Source: Chloroflexota bacterium (lineage in GTDB: Bacteria > Chloroflexota > Limnocylindria > P2-11E). From it: a stretch of 64,000 nt of DNA. This document shows positions 35,081-44,971 of this stretch, piece after piece (position 1 is the first letter of the stretch; each line of letters opens with the position of its first letter). Where the stretch lies: the NCBI GenBank assembly GCA_027310565.1, contig DAIDAP010000014.1, positions 3,727 to 67,726 on the forward strand, written 5' to 3'. The notes below the pieces were generated by a model. The model did not search any database and was not told the origin of the DNA. It saw only the letters and a program-made list of their open reading frames with translations. A program made the position numbers and the translations under genes.

Positions 35081-37443
35081 GCGAGGGAGAGCAGATGCGC
35101 GACGGCCTCGCGCACGTCGGGGCCGAGCGCGTACGCCGGGCCGACGCAGGACGGGCACCCCGTGCCGCAGCCGCACGCCGCCAGGTGCTCTCGGGCGCGG
35201 TCGAAGAGCGGCGACGCGCCGTTGAAGAGCCGCTCGGCGAACCCGATGCCGCCGGGCGTCATGTCGAACAGGTAGATCGTCGGGCGCTCGGTGTGCGGCG
35301 AGCGCACCTCGACGGCGAGGCCGAGGTCGTGCGGGTCGCACATGAGCAGCAGCGGCGCGAGGCCGTGCAGCAGGTTGCCCAGCCCCGCCAGCGCCACCTC
35401 GACGCGCTCGCGCGGCCATCCGGCGACGGCGCGCTCGGGGAGCGCGCACCAGAAGGACGTCGTCTGCAGCTCCTGCTCGGGCAGGTGGATCTTTCCCCAG
35501 CCGACGTTCTCGTGCGTGTACATCGTGAGCTTCTTGAAGATCGTGGCGAGCGTGCTGACGAGCACCTCGCCGTGCGCGAGGTCGAAGCCGCGCTTCGCGG
35601 CCCGCCGGTCGAGCTCGTCGATGACACGGATGCGCACCGCGAGCTCCGCCTGCGTGTAGTAGTCGACCTTCACCTCGCGCACGTACGCCTTCGCGTTCTC
35701 CCAGTCGAGGCGCTCGACCTGGAACTGCTTGGACTCGTGCAGGTAGATGGCCTGCTCGTGCAGCAGCACCTGCGCGGCGAAGCGGTCGATCTCGCCGATC
35801 ACCCGCGCCCTGCCGTCGTGGTACTCCGAGCCGATCGTGCGCGGCGCCGGCCCGGTCGTGTCCACGATGACGACGTTGTCGTTCGTCGCGGTCCGCAGCG
35901 ACGTCGTCTCGGCCGGGAACGCCTGATCGGACCAGTGGTACTTCCCGCCCGCCTCGTGGAGGATGCCCTGCTCGTCCAGGTACGCGAGCACGCCCGGCGT
36001 GTCCTCGGTGCCGAAGCGCTCGCGCGCCTCGAAGGGGATCTCGAAGGCGGCGCACTTGAGGTGGTGCACCAGCACGTGGAGGTTGTCGGGGTTCACCAGG
36101 CCCGCCTCGGGCGAGCGGTCGAGCACGTACTCGGGGTGCTGGACGACGTACTGGTCGATCGGCGAGGAGGTGGCGACGAGGAACGCGGCCGAGAGGCCGT
36201 CGCGCCGGCCGGCGCGGCCCATCTGCTGCCACGTCGAGGCGACGGTGCCGGGGTAGCCGAGGAGCACCGCCGCCTGGAGCGCGCCGATGTCGATGCCCAG
36301 CTCGAGCGCGTTCGTCGAGACGACGCCGCGCACCGAGCCATCGCGCAGACCCCGCTCGATCGCGCGGCGCTCCGACGGCAGGTAGCCGCCGCGGTAGCCG
36401 CGGATGAGATCCGGCGGCCACTGTGGCTGCGGGAAGCGCGAGCGCAGGTAGGTGAGCAGCAGCTCGGTCTCCACGCGCGAGCGGGCGAACGCGATCGTCT
36501 GCACGCCCGACGCGAGCAGCGTCGCCGCGATGTCGCGGCCGGTGAGGAGCGCGCTCCTGCGCACGCCGAGGCCGCGGTTGACGACGGGCGGGTCGACGAA
36601 CACGAGCACCTTCTCGCCGCGCGGCGCGCCCGACTCGTCGATGAGGACGACGTCCTCCTCGATGTGGCGGCGCGCGAGCTCCTCGGGGTTGGCGATGGTC
36701 GCCGAGGTGCAGATGAACACCGGATGCGACCCGTAGAACGCGCAGATGCGGCGCAGCCGGCGCAGCACGTTCGCGACGTGGCTGCCGAAGACGCCGCGGT
36801 AGGTGTGCAGCTCGTCGAGCACGACGTAGCGCAGGTTCTCGAAGAGCTTCACCCACTTGGTGTGGTGGGGGAGGATGCCGGTGTGGAGCATGTCCGGGTT
36901 GGTGATGACGACGTGCCCGGCGCTGCGGATGGCCGCGCGCACCGCGGGCGGCGTGTCGCCGTCGTAGGTGTGGGTCTTGAGCTCGATGTCCATATCCGCG
37001 GACTCGCGCTCGAGCTCCGCGAGCTGGTCCTGCGAGAGCGCCTTGGTCGGGAAGATGTAGAGCGCGCGCGCGGTCGGGTCCTTCGCGATCGCGTCGAGGA
37101 CCGGGAGGTTGTAGCAGAGCGTCTTGCCCGACGCCGTCGGCGTGACGACGACGGTGTGGCGACCGGCGCGGGTCGACTCGAGCGCCGCGGCCTGGTGCGA
37201 GTACAGCTCGCCGATGCCGCGGCGCCGGAGGGCGGCCTGGATGCGCCCGTCGAGCCACTCGGGGAACGCCACGTAGCGGGCCGGCCGTGGCGGAAGGCGC
37301 TCCCAGCGCGTCACGAGGCGCTGGAGCTCCTCGTCGCGCTGGAATCCCTCGAGGATCTGCTCGAGGCTGGTGCGCGCGGGGAATCGAACCGATGTTCTCA
37401 CAGGCGGACGAACGATATGGAACGGACGTTCGGACGTCAACAC
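35077..37443 (-). CDS. MrfA/YprA-like DEAD/DEAH-box helicase with C-terminal DUF1998 (four-Cys zinc-binding) domain
   Basis: Walker A TPTASGKTLCYNLP, DEAH-type VVLDELHTYRG, motif VI QQMGRAGRRDG, and a C-terminal CGCGTGCPSC (the DUF1998/MZB four-Cys cluster). Confidence 0.8.
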   Translation of the reverse strand: MLTSERPFHIVRPPVRTSVRFPARTSLEQILEGFQRDEELQRLVTRWERLPPRPARYVAFPEWLDGRIQAALRRRGIGELYSHQAAALESTRAGRHTVVVTPTASGKTLCYNLPVLDAIAKDPTARALYIFPTKALSQDQLAELERESADMDIELKTHTYDGDTPPAVRAAIRSAGHVVITNPDMLHTGILPHHTKWVKLFENLRYVVLDELHTYRGVFGSHVANVLRRLRRICAFYGSHPVFICTSATIANPEELARRHIEEDVVLIDESGAPRGEKVLVFVDPPVVNRGLGVRRSALLTGRDIAATLLASGVQTIAFARSRVETELLLTYLRSRFPQPQWPPDLIRGYRGGYLPSERRAIERGLRDGSVRGVVSTNALELGIDIGALQAAVLLGYPGTVASTWQQMGRAGRRDGLSAAFLVATSSPIDQYVVQHPEYVLDRSPEAGLVNPDNLHVLVHHLKCAAFEIPFEARERFGTEDTPGVLAYLDEQGILHEAGGKYHWSDQAFPAETTSLRTATNDNVVIVDTTGPAPRTIGSEYHDGRARVIGEIDRFAAQVLLHEQAIYLHESKQFQVERLDWENAKAYVREVKVDYYTQAELAVRIRVIDELDRRAAKRGFDLAHGEVLVSTLATIFKKLTMYTHENVGWGKIHLPEQELQTTSFWCALPERAVAGWPRERVEVALAGLGNLLHGLAPLLLMCDPHDLGLAVEVRSPHTERPTIYLFDMTPGGIGFAERLFNGASPLFDRAREHLAACGCGTGCPSCVGPAYALGPDVREAVAHLLSLA

Positions 37444-37486
37444 GCCGTCGCGCTGAGGCCGTGCCGCTCGCGCCGCCGGTCGGGCG

Positions 37487-39036
37487 TCAGCCGGCGCGGG
37501 CGAGGATCCCCTCGTTCGCGCCGAGCGTGAGCCGCTCCGAGATCGCGTCGCGGCCCGGATCGGTGGACAGCACGAGCCGCGTGTCCGCCACGGCGAGGTG
37601 CAGGCGCTGGGCGCGGTCGGTGAAGTTCAGGACGACGACGAGCCGCTCGCGCTCCGCGGTCCGCTCGTACGCGTACACGCCCGGGCCCGATGGGAGCACG
37701 CGATACGCGCCGCGCCGCAGCGCGTCGGAGCCGCGGCGCACGCGGACGAGCCGCCGGTAGAGCGAGAGGAGCGACGTCGGATCGCCGCGCTGGGCCGCGA
37801 CGCTCACGCGGCCCAGATCGGCGGCGACCGGCAGCCACGGGTCGGCGCTCGTGAAGCCCGCGTTCGGCGAGGCGTCCCACTGCATCGGTGTCCGCTCGCC
37901 GTCGCGTCCGACGACGTCGACGACGCGGTCCGCCGGGATGGGGACGTTGGTCATCCCGATCTCCTCGCCGTAGTACAGGAACGGCGTGCCCCGCAGCGTC
38001 AGCAGCAGCATCGCCGCGACGCGCGCGCGCTCGACGCCGTACCGCGTCGCGTGCCGGACGACGTCGTGGTTCGAGAGCGTGGCGTTCGGCCAGGCGTGCG
38101 CGGGAAGGAGCCGCTCCCACTCGTCGACGACGCCGCGGAAGCCCGCGGCCGACCAGGGCTGGCGCAGCAGGTGGAAGTTGAACGGCATCTGCAGCTCGTC
38201 GTCCCGGCCGTAGTAGCGGACGAGCCGCCTCAGGTCGCGCACGTGCACCTCGCCGACGGCCATGCGGTCGGGATACTCGTCGATCACGCGGCGCCAGCGG
38301 CGGTGCACCTCGTGGACCTCGTCGAGGTCGCGGTCGCGCGGCGCGGGCCGCCCGAAGACGCGCACGCGCGGATTGCCGCGCAGCCGCGGGTCCTTCACCA
38401 GACCGTGCGCGACGTCGACGCGGAAGCCGTCCACGCCGCGGTCCAGCCAGAAGCGCATGACGCCGTCCATCGCCGCGCGCACGCCCTCGTTCCACCAGTT
38501 GAGGTCGGGCTGCCCCGGCAGGAAGTGGTGCAGGTACCACTCGCCGGTGCGCTCGTCGCGGGTCCACGCCGGGCCGACGCCCTCGAACCAGCTCCGCCAG
38601 TTGTTCGGCGGCGCGCCGTTCCGCCCCGCTCGCCACACGTACCAGTCGCGCCTGGGGTTGTCAGTGCTCGATCGCGACTCGACGAACCAGGGGTGCTCGT
38701 CGGAGGTGTGGTTGGGGACCAGGTCGACGATCACGCGGATCCCTCGGCGGTGCGCCTCCGCGAGCAGCCGGTCGAAGTCCGCGAGCGTCCCGAACGCCGG
38801 GTCGACGTCGCGGTAGTCCGAGACGTCGTAGCCGAAGTCCTTCATCGGCGAGCGGTAGAAGGGGCTGAGCCAGATCGCGTCGATGCCCAGGGAATCGTCG
38901 CGACCGTTCAGGTGGTCGAGCCGGGCGGTGATGCCCGGCAGGTCGCCCACCCCGTCGCCATTCGAGTCCTGGAAGGACCGCGGGTAGATCTGGTAGAAGA
39001 CGCCGTCCCGCCACCAGCTCCCGCTCACCGTACCCA
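37487..39036 (-). CDS. GH13 α-glucosidase / oligo-1,6-glucosidase-like glycoside hydrolase
   Basis: N-terminal WWRDGVFYQIYPRSFQDSNGDGVGDLPGI, then catalytic blocks DLVPNHTS, GFRVDVAH, YYGEEIGM and SNHD. Start set at a GTG just before SGSWW. The track ORF's extra 100 aa upstream is rejected. Confidence 0.8.
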
Positions 39037-39094
39037 CACGGTACCGAAGCCGGGCACACCACGTGCACGAGCACGCGGACAGGAGGTGGCCGGC

Positions 39095-39355
39095 ATGGCC
39101 AAGCTGGACGCGAAGGCGGCGGACCGGCTCGACCGGGACGAGTTCGCGTACATCGATAGCGAGGGTGGCGAGCACCTGCCGATCAACGACGCCGCGCACA
39201 TCCGCAACGCGGTGGCGCGCTGGAGCCAGACCGAGTTCGAATCCGAGGCGAAGAAGAAGGAGGCGCGCACCAAGATCCTCGCGGCGGCGAAGCGGCACGG
39301 CATCGAGATCGACCCCGACGACAGGATCGTGAGGGGCAGGCACGACAAGGGATGA
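39095..39355 (+). CDS. small hypothetical protein
   Basis: 87 aa MAKLDAKAADRLDRDEFAYIDSEGGEHLPINDAAHIRNAVARWSQTEF... preceded by a strong AGGAGGTG RBS at 39081-39088. The 37598..39355 track ORF is otherwise antisense to the glucosidase. Confidence 0.45.
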   Translation: MAKLDAKAADRLDRDEFAYIDSEGGEHLPINDAAHIRNAVARWSQTEFESEAKKKEARTKILAAAKRHGIEIDPDDRIVRGRHDKG

Positions 39356-39432
39356 CGTCGGACCGCGAGGCCGCGTTGAAGGGCGAGACGCCGCGGGAGC
39401 GCGAGGTGCGCTCGGAGCGCTAGCCTCGTCGC

Positions 39433-39900
39433 GTGAAGGACGCCGCGCTCCAGGACCGCTACGCGCCGAACGGCGCGTGCTTCGGCTGCGGCCCCGCGAA
39501 CGAGCGCGGCCTGCGCATCAAGAGCCATCCGCGCGAGGACGGCAGCGTGGTGACGACGTTCCACGCGCGGAAGGAGCACGAGGCGTACGACGGTGCGCTG
39601 TCCGGCGGCATCATCGGCACGCTCATGGACTGCCACTCGAACTGGACCGCGACCTACCACCTGATGCGGAAGAGCGGCGCGGACACGCCGCCCTGCACGG
39701 TGACCGCCGAGTACGCCGTGAAGATGCGGCGGCCGACGCCGACGGCGGGCCCGATCGAGATCGTGGCGCGGCCGGTCGAGGTCTCCGAGGACCGCGCGAC
39801 GGTCGAGGCGGAGCTCAGCGCGGGCGGCAGGGTGTGCGCGACGGCGCGCGGCACGTTCGTCGCGGTGAAGCCCGGCCACCCCGCCTACCACCGCTGGTAG
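39433..39900 (+). CDS. PaaI/4HBT-family hotdog-fold thioesterase
   Basis: 155 aa. GALSGGIIGTLMDCHSNWTATY is the PaaI-type active-site region. Confidence 0.6.
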   Translation: MKDAALQDRYAPNGACFGCGPANERGLRIKSHPREDGSVVTTFHARKEHEAYDGALSGGIIGTLMDCHSNWTATYHLMRKSGADTPPCTVTAEYAVKMRRPTPTAGPIEIVARPVEVSEDRATVEAELSAGGRVCATARGTFVAVKPGHPAYHRW

Positions 39901-39911
39901 GCCGCGCCGGC

Positions 39912-40574
39912 TCAGCGCTCGAAGGCGACGATCTGCCAGAAGAGCCCGCGCTCGCGTGACGCGAGCCGCAGACCCTCGCGCTCGGCGGCGGCGCGGATGC
40001 GCGCGAACGGGTGCAGGTAGACGCGGAGCGCGTCCCGCCGCAGCGCGAGCAGCGCGTTGATCGCGGCGACGCCCACGCGCAGCCACCAGCGCTCGACCGG
40101 GAAGCTCATGAGGAGCAGCCGCCGCGCGTGGCGGCCGGCGGCCCCGACGAGCGCGTCGGCGTCCGGGTAGCAGCACACCACCCGCTGCATCACGACGACG
40201 TCGGCCGCCGGCGTCTCGGCGGCGAGCACGACGAAGTCGCCGAGCCGCCGGTCCACGCGGCCCGCGAGACCGGACTCGCTCAGCAGCTCGGACGCCACGG
40301 TCTCGTACGTGCGCGTCAGCTCGACGTTCGTCGCCGTCGCCGCGCCCGCGCGCAGCAGCTCGATCTGGAGCGCGCCGATCCCGCCGCCGACCTCGAGCAC
40401 GCCGTATCCGGCGGGGACGCGCTCGGCGACGGCGCGCACCATCCAGCGCGCGTCGTCCGCGAGACCGTTCTCGCGATAGGCGCGCGCCGCGGCGCGCGCG
40501 GACTTCTCGCTGAACACGCGCTCGAACCCGCACTCGCAGCCGGCGCCGCACGGAGGCACGAGCGCAGCGTACAC
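39912..40574 (-). CDS. SAM-dependent methyltransferase
   Basis: LEVGGGIGALQIELLRAGA is the Rossmann motif I (E/DxGxGxG) region. 220 aa. Confidence 0.6.
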   Translation of the reverse strand: MYAALVPPCGAGCECGFERVFSEKSARAAARAYRENGLADDARWMVRAVAERVPAGYGVLEVGGGIGALQIELLRAGAATATNVELTRTYETVASELLSESGLAGRVDRRLGDFVVLAAETPAADVVVMQRVVCCYPDADALVGAAGRHARRLLLMSFPVERWWLRVGVAAINALLALRRDALRVYLHPFARIRAAAEREGLRLASRERGLFWQIVAFER

Positions 40575-40625
40575 GGCGACGGACTACGCTCAGGCGACAG
40601 CTCGCACTCGGGGAGGTCACGTCCG

Positions 40626-43600
40626 ATGCCCGCTCGCCGCCGCGCCCGCCCGACGCGCCGTCCCGCCCGCTCCAGCCGTTCCGCAGGCGCCGTCCCGCCG
40701 CTGCTCCTCGACAAGCTCGAGTGGCGCCAGGCCGGCCCCTTCCGCGGAGGACGCGTCGGGGCGGTGGCCGGCGATCCCCGCGATCGCAACGTCTTCTACT
40801 TCGGCTCGACCGGCGGCGGCGTGTGGAAGACCGACGACGGCGGCATCTACTGGCAGAACGTGTCGGACGGCTTCTTCAAGCGGGCGTCCGTGGGCGCGAT
40901 CGCGGTGGCGTCGTCCGACCCGAACGTGGTCTGGGTCGGCATGGGCGAGTCCTGCATCCGCGGCAACGTCGCCCACGGCGACGGGGTGTACCGCTCGACC
41001 GACGGCGGCAAGACCTGGAGCCACCGCGGGCTCGAGCGCACGCGGCACATCGGCAAGGTGCGCGTGCATCCGCAGGATCCCGACGTCGCGTACGTCGCGG
41101 CGCTGGGCCACGCGCACGGGCCGAATCCCGAGCGCGGCGTCTACCGCACCACCGACGGCGGCAAGAGCTGGAAGCGCGTCCTCTCCCGCGGGGAGAAGGC
41201 GGGCGCGGTGGACCTCTCCATCGACGCGAACAATCCCCGGATCGTCTACGCCTCGTTCTGGGAGGCGATCCGCCGGCCGTGGGAGCTCGTCTCCGGCGGG
41301 CCGGGCAGCGGGATCTTCCGCAGCGACGACGGCGGCGAGACGTGGAAGGAGCTCACGCGCGCGAAGGGCCTGCCGAAGGGCGTCCTCGGGAAGATCGGCA
41401 TCAGCGCGTCGGCCGCGCGCGGCGGGCGGGTGTACGCGATCGTCGAGGCCGACGACGGCGGCGTCTATCGCAGCGACGACTTCGGCGAGACCTGGGAGCG
41501 CGGCAGCGAGGATCGCAACCTGCGCCAGCGTGCCTGGTACTACGATCACATCTACGCGGACCCGCGGGATCCCGAGACGGTGTGGGTGCTGAACGTCGAC
41601 GCGTGGCGCTCGAGCGACGCCGGCAAGACGTTCGTCCAGATGTCCGTCCCGCACGGCGACCACCACGACCTGTGGATCGATCCGGCCGACCCGAAGCGGA
41701 TGATCGAGGGGAACGACGGCGGCGCGGTCGTGACCTTCAACGGCGGCGAATCGTGGACGGGCGTCTACAACCAGCCGACCGCGGAGCTCTACCACGTCAC
41801 CACCGACACCCAGACGCCGTACCGCATCTACGGCGCGCAGCAGGACAACACGACGATCACCGTCCCGAGCCGCTCGGCCATCGCGGGCATCACCGGCGCC
41901 GACACGTTCGCGATCGGCGGCGGCGAGTCCGGGTACATCGCCGTGCGCCCGGACGACCCGAACGTCGTGTTCGCGGGCAACTACCAGGGCCTCATCACGC
42001 GCCACGACCGGCGCACCGGCCAGTCGCGCAACGTCATGGTCTGGCCGGAGGCGACCATGGGCGAAGGCGCCGTCGGCGCGAAGTACCGCTTCCAGTGGAC
42101 CTGTCCCATCGTCCTCTCGCCGCACGACCCGAACGTCCTGTACCACGCCGGCAACGTCCTGTTCCGCTCGCGCGACGAGGGCGCCTCGTGGGAGGCGATC
42201 AGCCCCGACCTCACGCGCAACGATGCGAGCAAGCTCGGGCCCTCGGGCGGCCCGGTCACCAAGGACAACACCGGCGCCGAGTACTACTGCACGATCTTCG
42301 CGTTCGCCGAGTCGCCCGTGCAGCGCGGCGTCCTCTGGGCGGGCAGCGACGACGGGCTCGTGCACGTGTCGCGCGACGACGGCAGGACGTGGAAGAACGT
42401 CACGCCGCCGGGCGTGCGTCCGTGGACGCTCATCTCGCTCGTCGAGGCCTCGCCGCACGACGCCGGCACCGCGTACGTCGCCGCGACGCGCTACAAGCTC
42501 GACGATTTCGCGCCGTACCTCTACCGGACGACCGACTACGGCCGCACCTGGAAGAAGATCACGGCCGGCATCCCCGACGGCGACTTCACGCGCGCGATCC
42601 GCGAGGATCCCGGCACGCGTGACCTCCTCTACGCCGGCACCGAGACCGGCGTGTACGTCTCGCCCGACGGCGGCGCGCGCTGGCACCGCCTCGGCGGGAA
42701 CCTGCCGGTCGTGCCGATCCACGACCTCGTCATCAAGGACGGCGAGCTCGTGCTCGCGACGCACGGACGCTCGTTCTGGGTCCTCGACGACCTCGCGCCG
42801 ATCCGACAGCTCGGCGCGGTGAGGGGCAGGGCGCACGTCTTCACCCCGAATCCGACGGTCCGGTACCGCGTCGACATGGGCTTCCCGCAGCCGCCGAAGG
42901 TCGGGAAGAACTACCAGATGACCGGCGCGACGATGGTCACCTACCGGCAGCTCACCAAGCCGACCGGGGAGAAGGTGCGCCTGAACATCGACGCCGGCGC
43001 GAACCCGGCACCCGGCGTCGCGCTGCAGTACTGGCTTCGCGAGAAGGGCACCGAGGGACGGCTCGCGTTCCTCGACGGCGGCGGGCGCGTGATCCGTGAG
43101 TTCAAGAGCGCGCCGCCGGACCGGGAGCCGAGCGGCGCGGACGCGGTCGAGACGCCGGAGAAGGGGACCGCGCAGCCGCCGCAGGACAAGGAGCCCAAGG
43201 TCGCGCTCGAGGCCGGCCTCAACCGCTTCGTGTGGAACATGCGCTACCCGGACGCGACGAAGATCGAAGGCGAGGGCGGCACCTGGGAGGCGTTCGAGAA
43301 CCAGCTCGTCGGCCCGGCGGTCCCGCCGGGGACGTACACCGCCCGCCTCACCCTCGGGGGTCAGGCGCTCGAGACGCGCTTCGAGATCCGCAAGGACCCG
43401 CGCGTCAGCGCGACGCAGAGCGACCTCGAGGCGCAGCTCGCGCTCGCGATGAAGGTGCACCAGAAGCTCTCGCGGACCCACGAGACGATCAACGCGGTCC
43501 GCGAGCTGAAGGGCCAGCTCGACCTGTGGATCGCGCGCGCGAAGGACCAGGGCGGCCGCTCGCGTCTCGCGACCGCGGCGACGAGCCTGAGGCGCAAGGC

Positions 43601-43949
43601 CGGCGCGGTGGAGGAGGCGCTCGTCCAGGTGAAGGCGAAGAGCCGCCAGGACACGCTGAACTTCCCGGCGAAGCTCAACATGAAGCTCGCCGCGCTTCTG
43701 GGATCGGTCGGCGGCGCCGACTTCGCGCCGACGAAGGGCATGCGCGACGTCCACGAGGACCTGGCGCGCCGGGTGGACGCGCAGCTCGCGAGGTGGGACG
43801 CGATCCTCGCGACGGACGTCCCGGCGTTCGACCGTCTGGTGCGCTCGTCGGGCGTCCCGGTCGTCGGCGCGGCGCGCGCCGCGCGCAGGCCGACCGCGCC
43901 GCGCCGGAACGCGCGCAAGGCGGCGCGGAGGCCGGTGCGGACGAGGTAG
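40626..43949 (+). CDS. large BNR/Sortilin-VPS10-like repeat protein (β-propeller glycosyl-hydrolase-like repeats)
   Basis: About 1100 aa with many repeats of the S-x-D-x-G-x-T-W type (STDGGKTW, TTDGGKSW, SDDGGETW, SDDFGETW, SDAGKTF, SRDEGASW, SRDDGRTW, TDYGRTW, SPDGGARW). ATG at 40626 is preceded by a GGGGAGGTCA RBS. The earlier part of the track ORF is antisense to the methyltransferase. Confidence 0.7.
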   Translation: MPARRRARPTRRPARSSRSAGAVPPLLLDKLEWRQAGPFRGGRVGAVAGDPRDRNVFYFGSTGGGVWKTDDGGIYWQNVSDGFFKRASVGAIAVASSDPNVVWVGMGESCIRGNVAHGDGVYRSTDGGKTWSHRGLERTRHIGKVRVHPQDPDVAYVAALGHAHGPNPERGVYRTTDGGKSWKRVLSRGEKAGAVDLSIDANNPRIVYASFWEAIRRPWELVSGGPGSGIFRSDDGGETWKELTRAKGLPKGVLGKIGISASAARGGRVYAIVEADDGGVYRSDDFGETWERGSEDRNLRQRAWYYDHIYADPRDPETVWVLNVDAWRSSDAGKTFVQMSVPHGDHHDLWIDPADPKRMIEGNDGGAVVTFNGGESWTGVYNQPTAELYHVTTDTQTPYRIYGAQQDNTTITVPSRSAIAGITGADTFAIGGGESGYIAVRPDDPNVVFAGNYQGLITRHDRRTGQSRNVMVWPEATMGEGAVGAKYRFQWTCPIVLSPHDPNVLYHAGNVLFRSRDEGASWEAISPDLTRNDASKLGPSGGPVTKDNTGAEYYCTIFAFAESPVQRGVLWAGSDDGLVHVSRDDGRTWKNVTPPGVRPWTLISLVEASPHDAGTAYVAATRYKLDDFAPYLYRTTDYGRTWKKITAGIPDGDFTRAIREDPGTRDLLYAGTETGVYVSPDGGARWHRLGGNLPVVPIHDLVIKDGELVLATHGRSFWVLDDLAPIRQLGAVRGRAHVFTPNPTVRYRVDMGFPQPPKVGKNYQMTGATMVTYRQLTKPTGEKVRLNIDAGANPAPGVALQYWLREKGTEGRLAFLDGGGRVIREFKSAPPDREPSGADAVETPEKGTAQPPQDKEPKVALEAGLNRFVWNMRYPDATKIEGEGGTWEAFENQLVGPAVPPGTYTARLTLGGQALETRFEIRKDPRVSATQSDLEAQLALAMKVHQKLSRTHETINAVRELKGQLDLWIARAKDQGGRSRLATAATSLRRKAGAVEEALVQVKAKSRQDTLNFPAKLNMKLAALLGSVGGADFAPTKGMRDVHEDLARRVDAQLARWDAILATDVPAFDRLVRSSGVPVVGAARAARRPTAPRRNARKAARRPVRTR

Positions 43950-43962
43950 AAGGGGACCCCCG

Positions 43963-44919
43963 CTAGTCCGGCCCGCGTGCGCGCGAGACGTGCGCCGGCA
44001 GCTCGTGGCCGAGCTGCTCGCCGAGCCAGCGCGCGGTCGCGACGATCGCGTCGAGGTCGATGCCCGTCTCGACACCCATACCGCGGCACAGGTAGACGAG
44101 GTCCTCGGTCGCGAGGTTGCCGCCCGCCATCTTCGCGAACGGGGAGCCGCCGATGCCGCCGGTCGACGCGTCGAACGTGGCGATGCCGAGGCGGAGCGCG
44201 GTGAGCGCGTTCGCGAGCGCCTGGCCGTACGTGTCGTGGAAGTGCAGCGCGACGTGCGCGAGGGCGATGTCGGCGTCCGCGACGGCGCCGAGCAGCAGCT
44301 CGACGTCGCGCGGGGTGCCCACGCCGCTGGTGTCGCCGAGGGCCAGCTCGTCGCACCCCATGTCCAGCAGGCGCCGACAGCACTCGACGACGGTGGCCGG
44401 CGCGGTGGGCCCGTCCCAGGGATCGGCGACGACCATGGAGAGGTAGCCCCGCACCGGGAGGCCGGCGCCCTTCGCGCCGCGCACCACCGCGCGGTAGCCC
44501 TCGATGGCCTCGTCGCGCGCGCGGCCGAGGTTCTTGCGTGAGTAGCTCTCCGACGCGGAGGCGAAGATCGCGATCTCGCTCGCGCCCGCGCCGATCGCGC
44601 GCTCGAGCCCCCTCTCGTTCGGCACGAGCACCGGGTAGCGCACGCCGCGGCGCCGGCGCATGCGCGTGAGCAGGTCCTCGGCGTCGGCGAGCTGCGGCAC
44701 CGCGCGCGCGCTCACGAGCGAGGTCGCCTCGATGACGGTGAGCCCCGCGTCGGCCAGCCGCTCGAGCAGCTCGAGCTTGGCGTCCGTGGAGAGCGTGCGA
44801 TCCTCGGCCTGGAGCCCGTCGCGCGGCGCGACCTCGACGATCCGGACGCGAGCCGGGAGGGTCACGCGCGCATCGTATGCGGTCGGCATCGTTCGCGCGG
44901 CGCCGCTCGTCACGCCCAC
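43963..44919 (-). CDS. hydroxymethylglutaryl-CoA lyase
   Basis: VRIVEVAPRDGLQ (substrate-binding motif), ...HFHDTYGQALANALTALRLGIATFDASTGGIGGSPFA (metal-binding His and the G-loop). The start may be the internal MPTAYDA at 44889. Confidence 0.85.
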   Translation of the reverse strand: MGVTSGAARTMPTAYDARVTLPARVRIVEVAPRDGLQAEDRTLSTDAKLELLERLADAGLTVIEATSLVSARAVPQLADAEDLLTRMRRRRGVRYPVLVPNERGLERAIGAGASEIAIFASASESYSRKNLGRARDEAIEGYRAVVRGAKGAGLPVRGYLSMVVADPWDGPTAPATVVECCRRLLDMGCDELALGDTSGVGTPRDVELLLGAVADADIALAHVALHFHDTYGQALANALTALRLGIATFDASTGGIGGSPFAKMAGGNLATEDLVYLCRGMGVETGIDLDAIVATARWLGEQLGHELPAHVSRARGPD

Positions 44920-44971
44920 GACGGCGAGGTCCGGAGCACGGAGTCACGCGCGAGGACCTAGAGTCCGCAGC

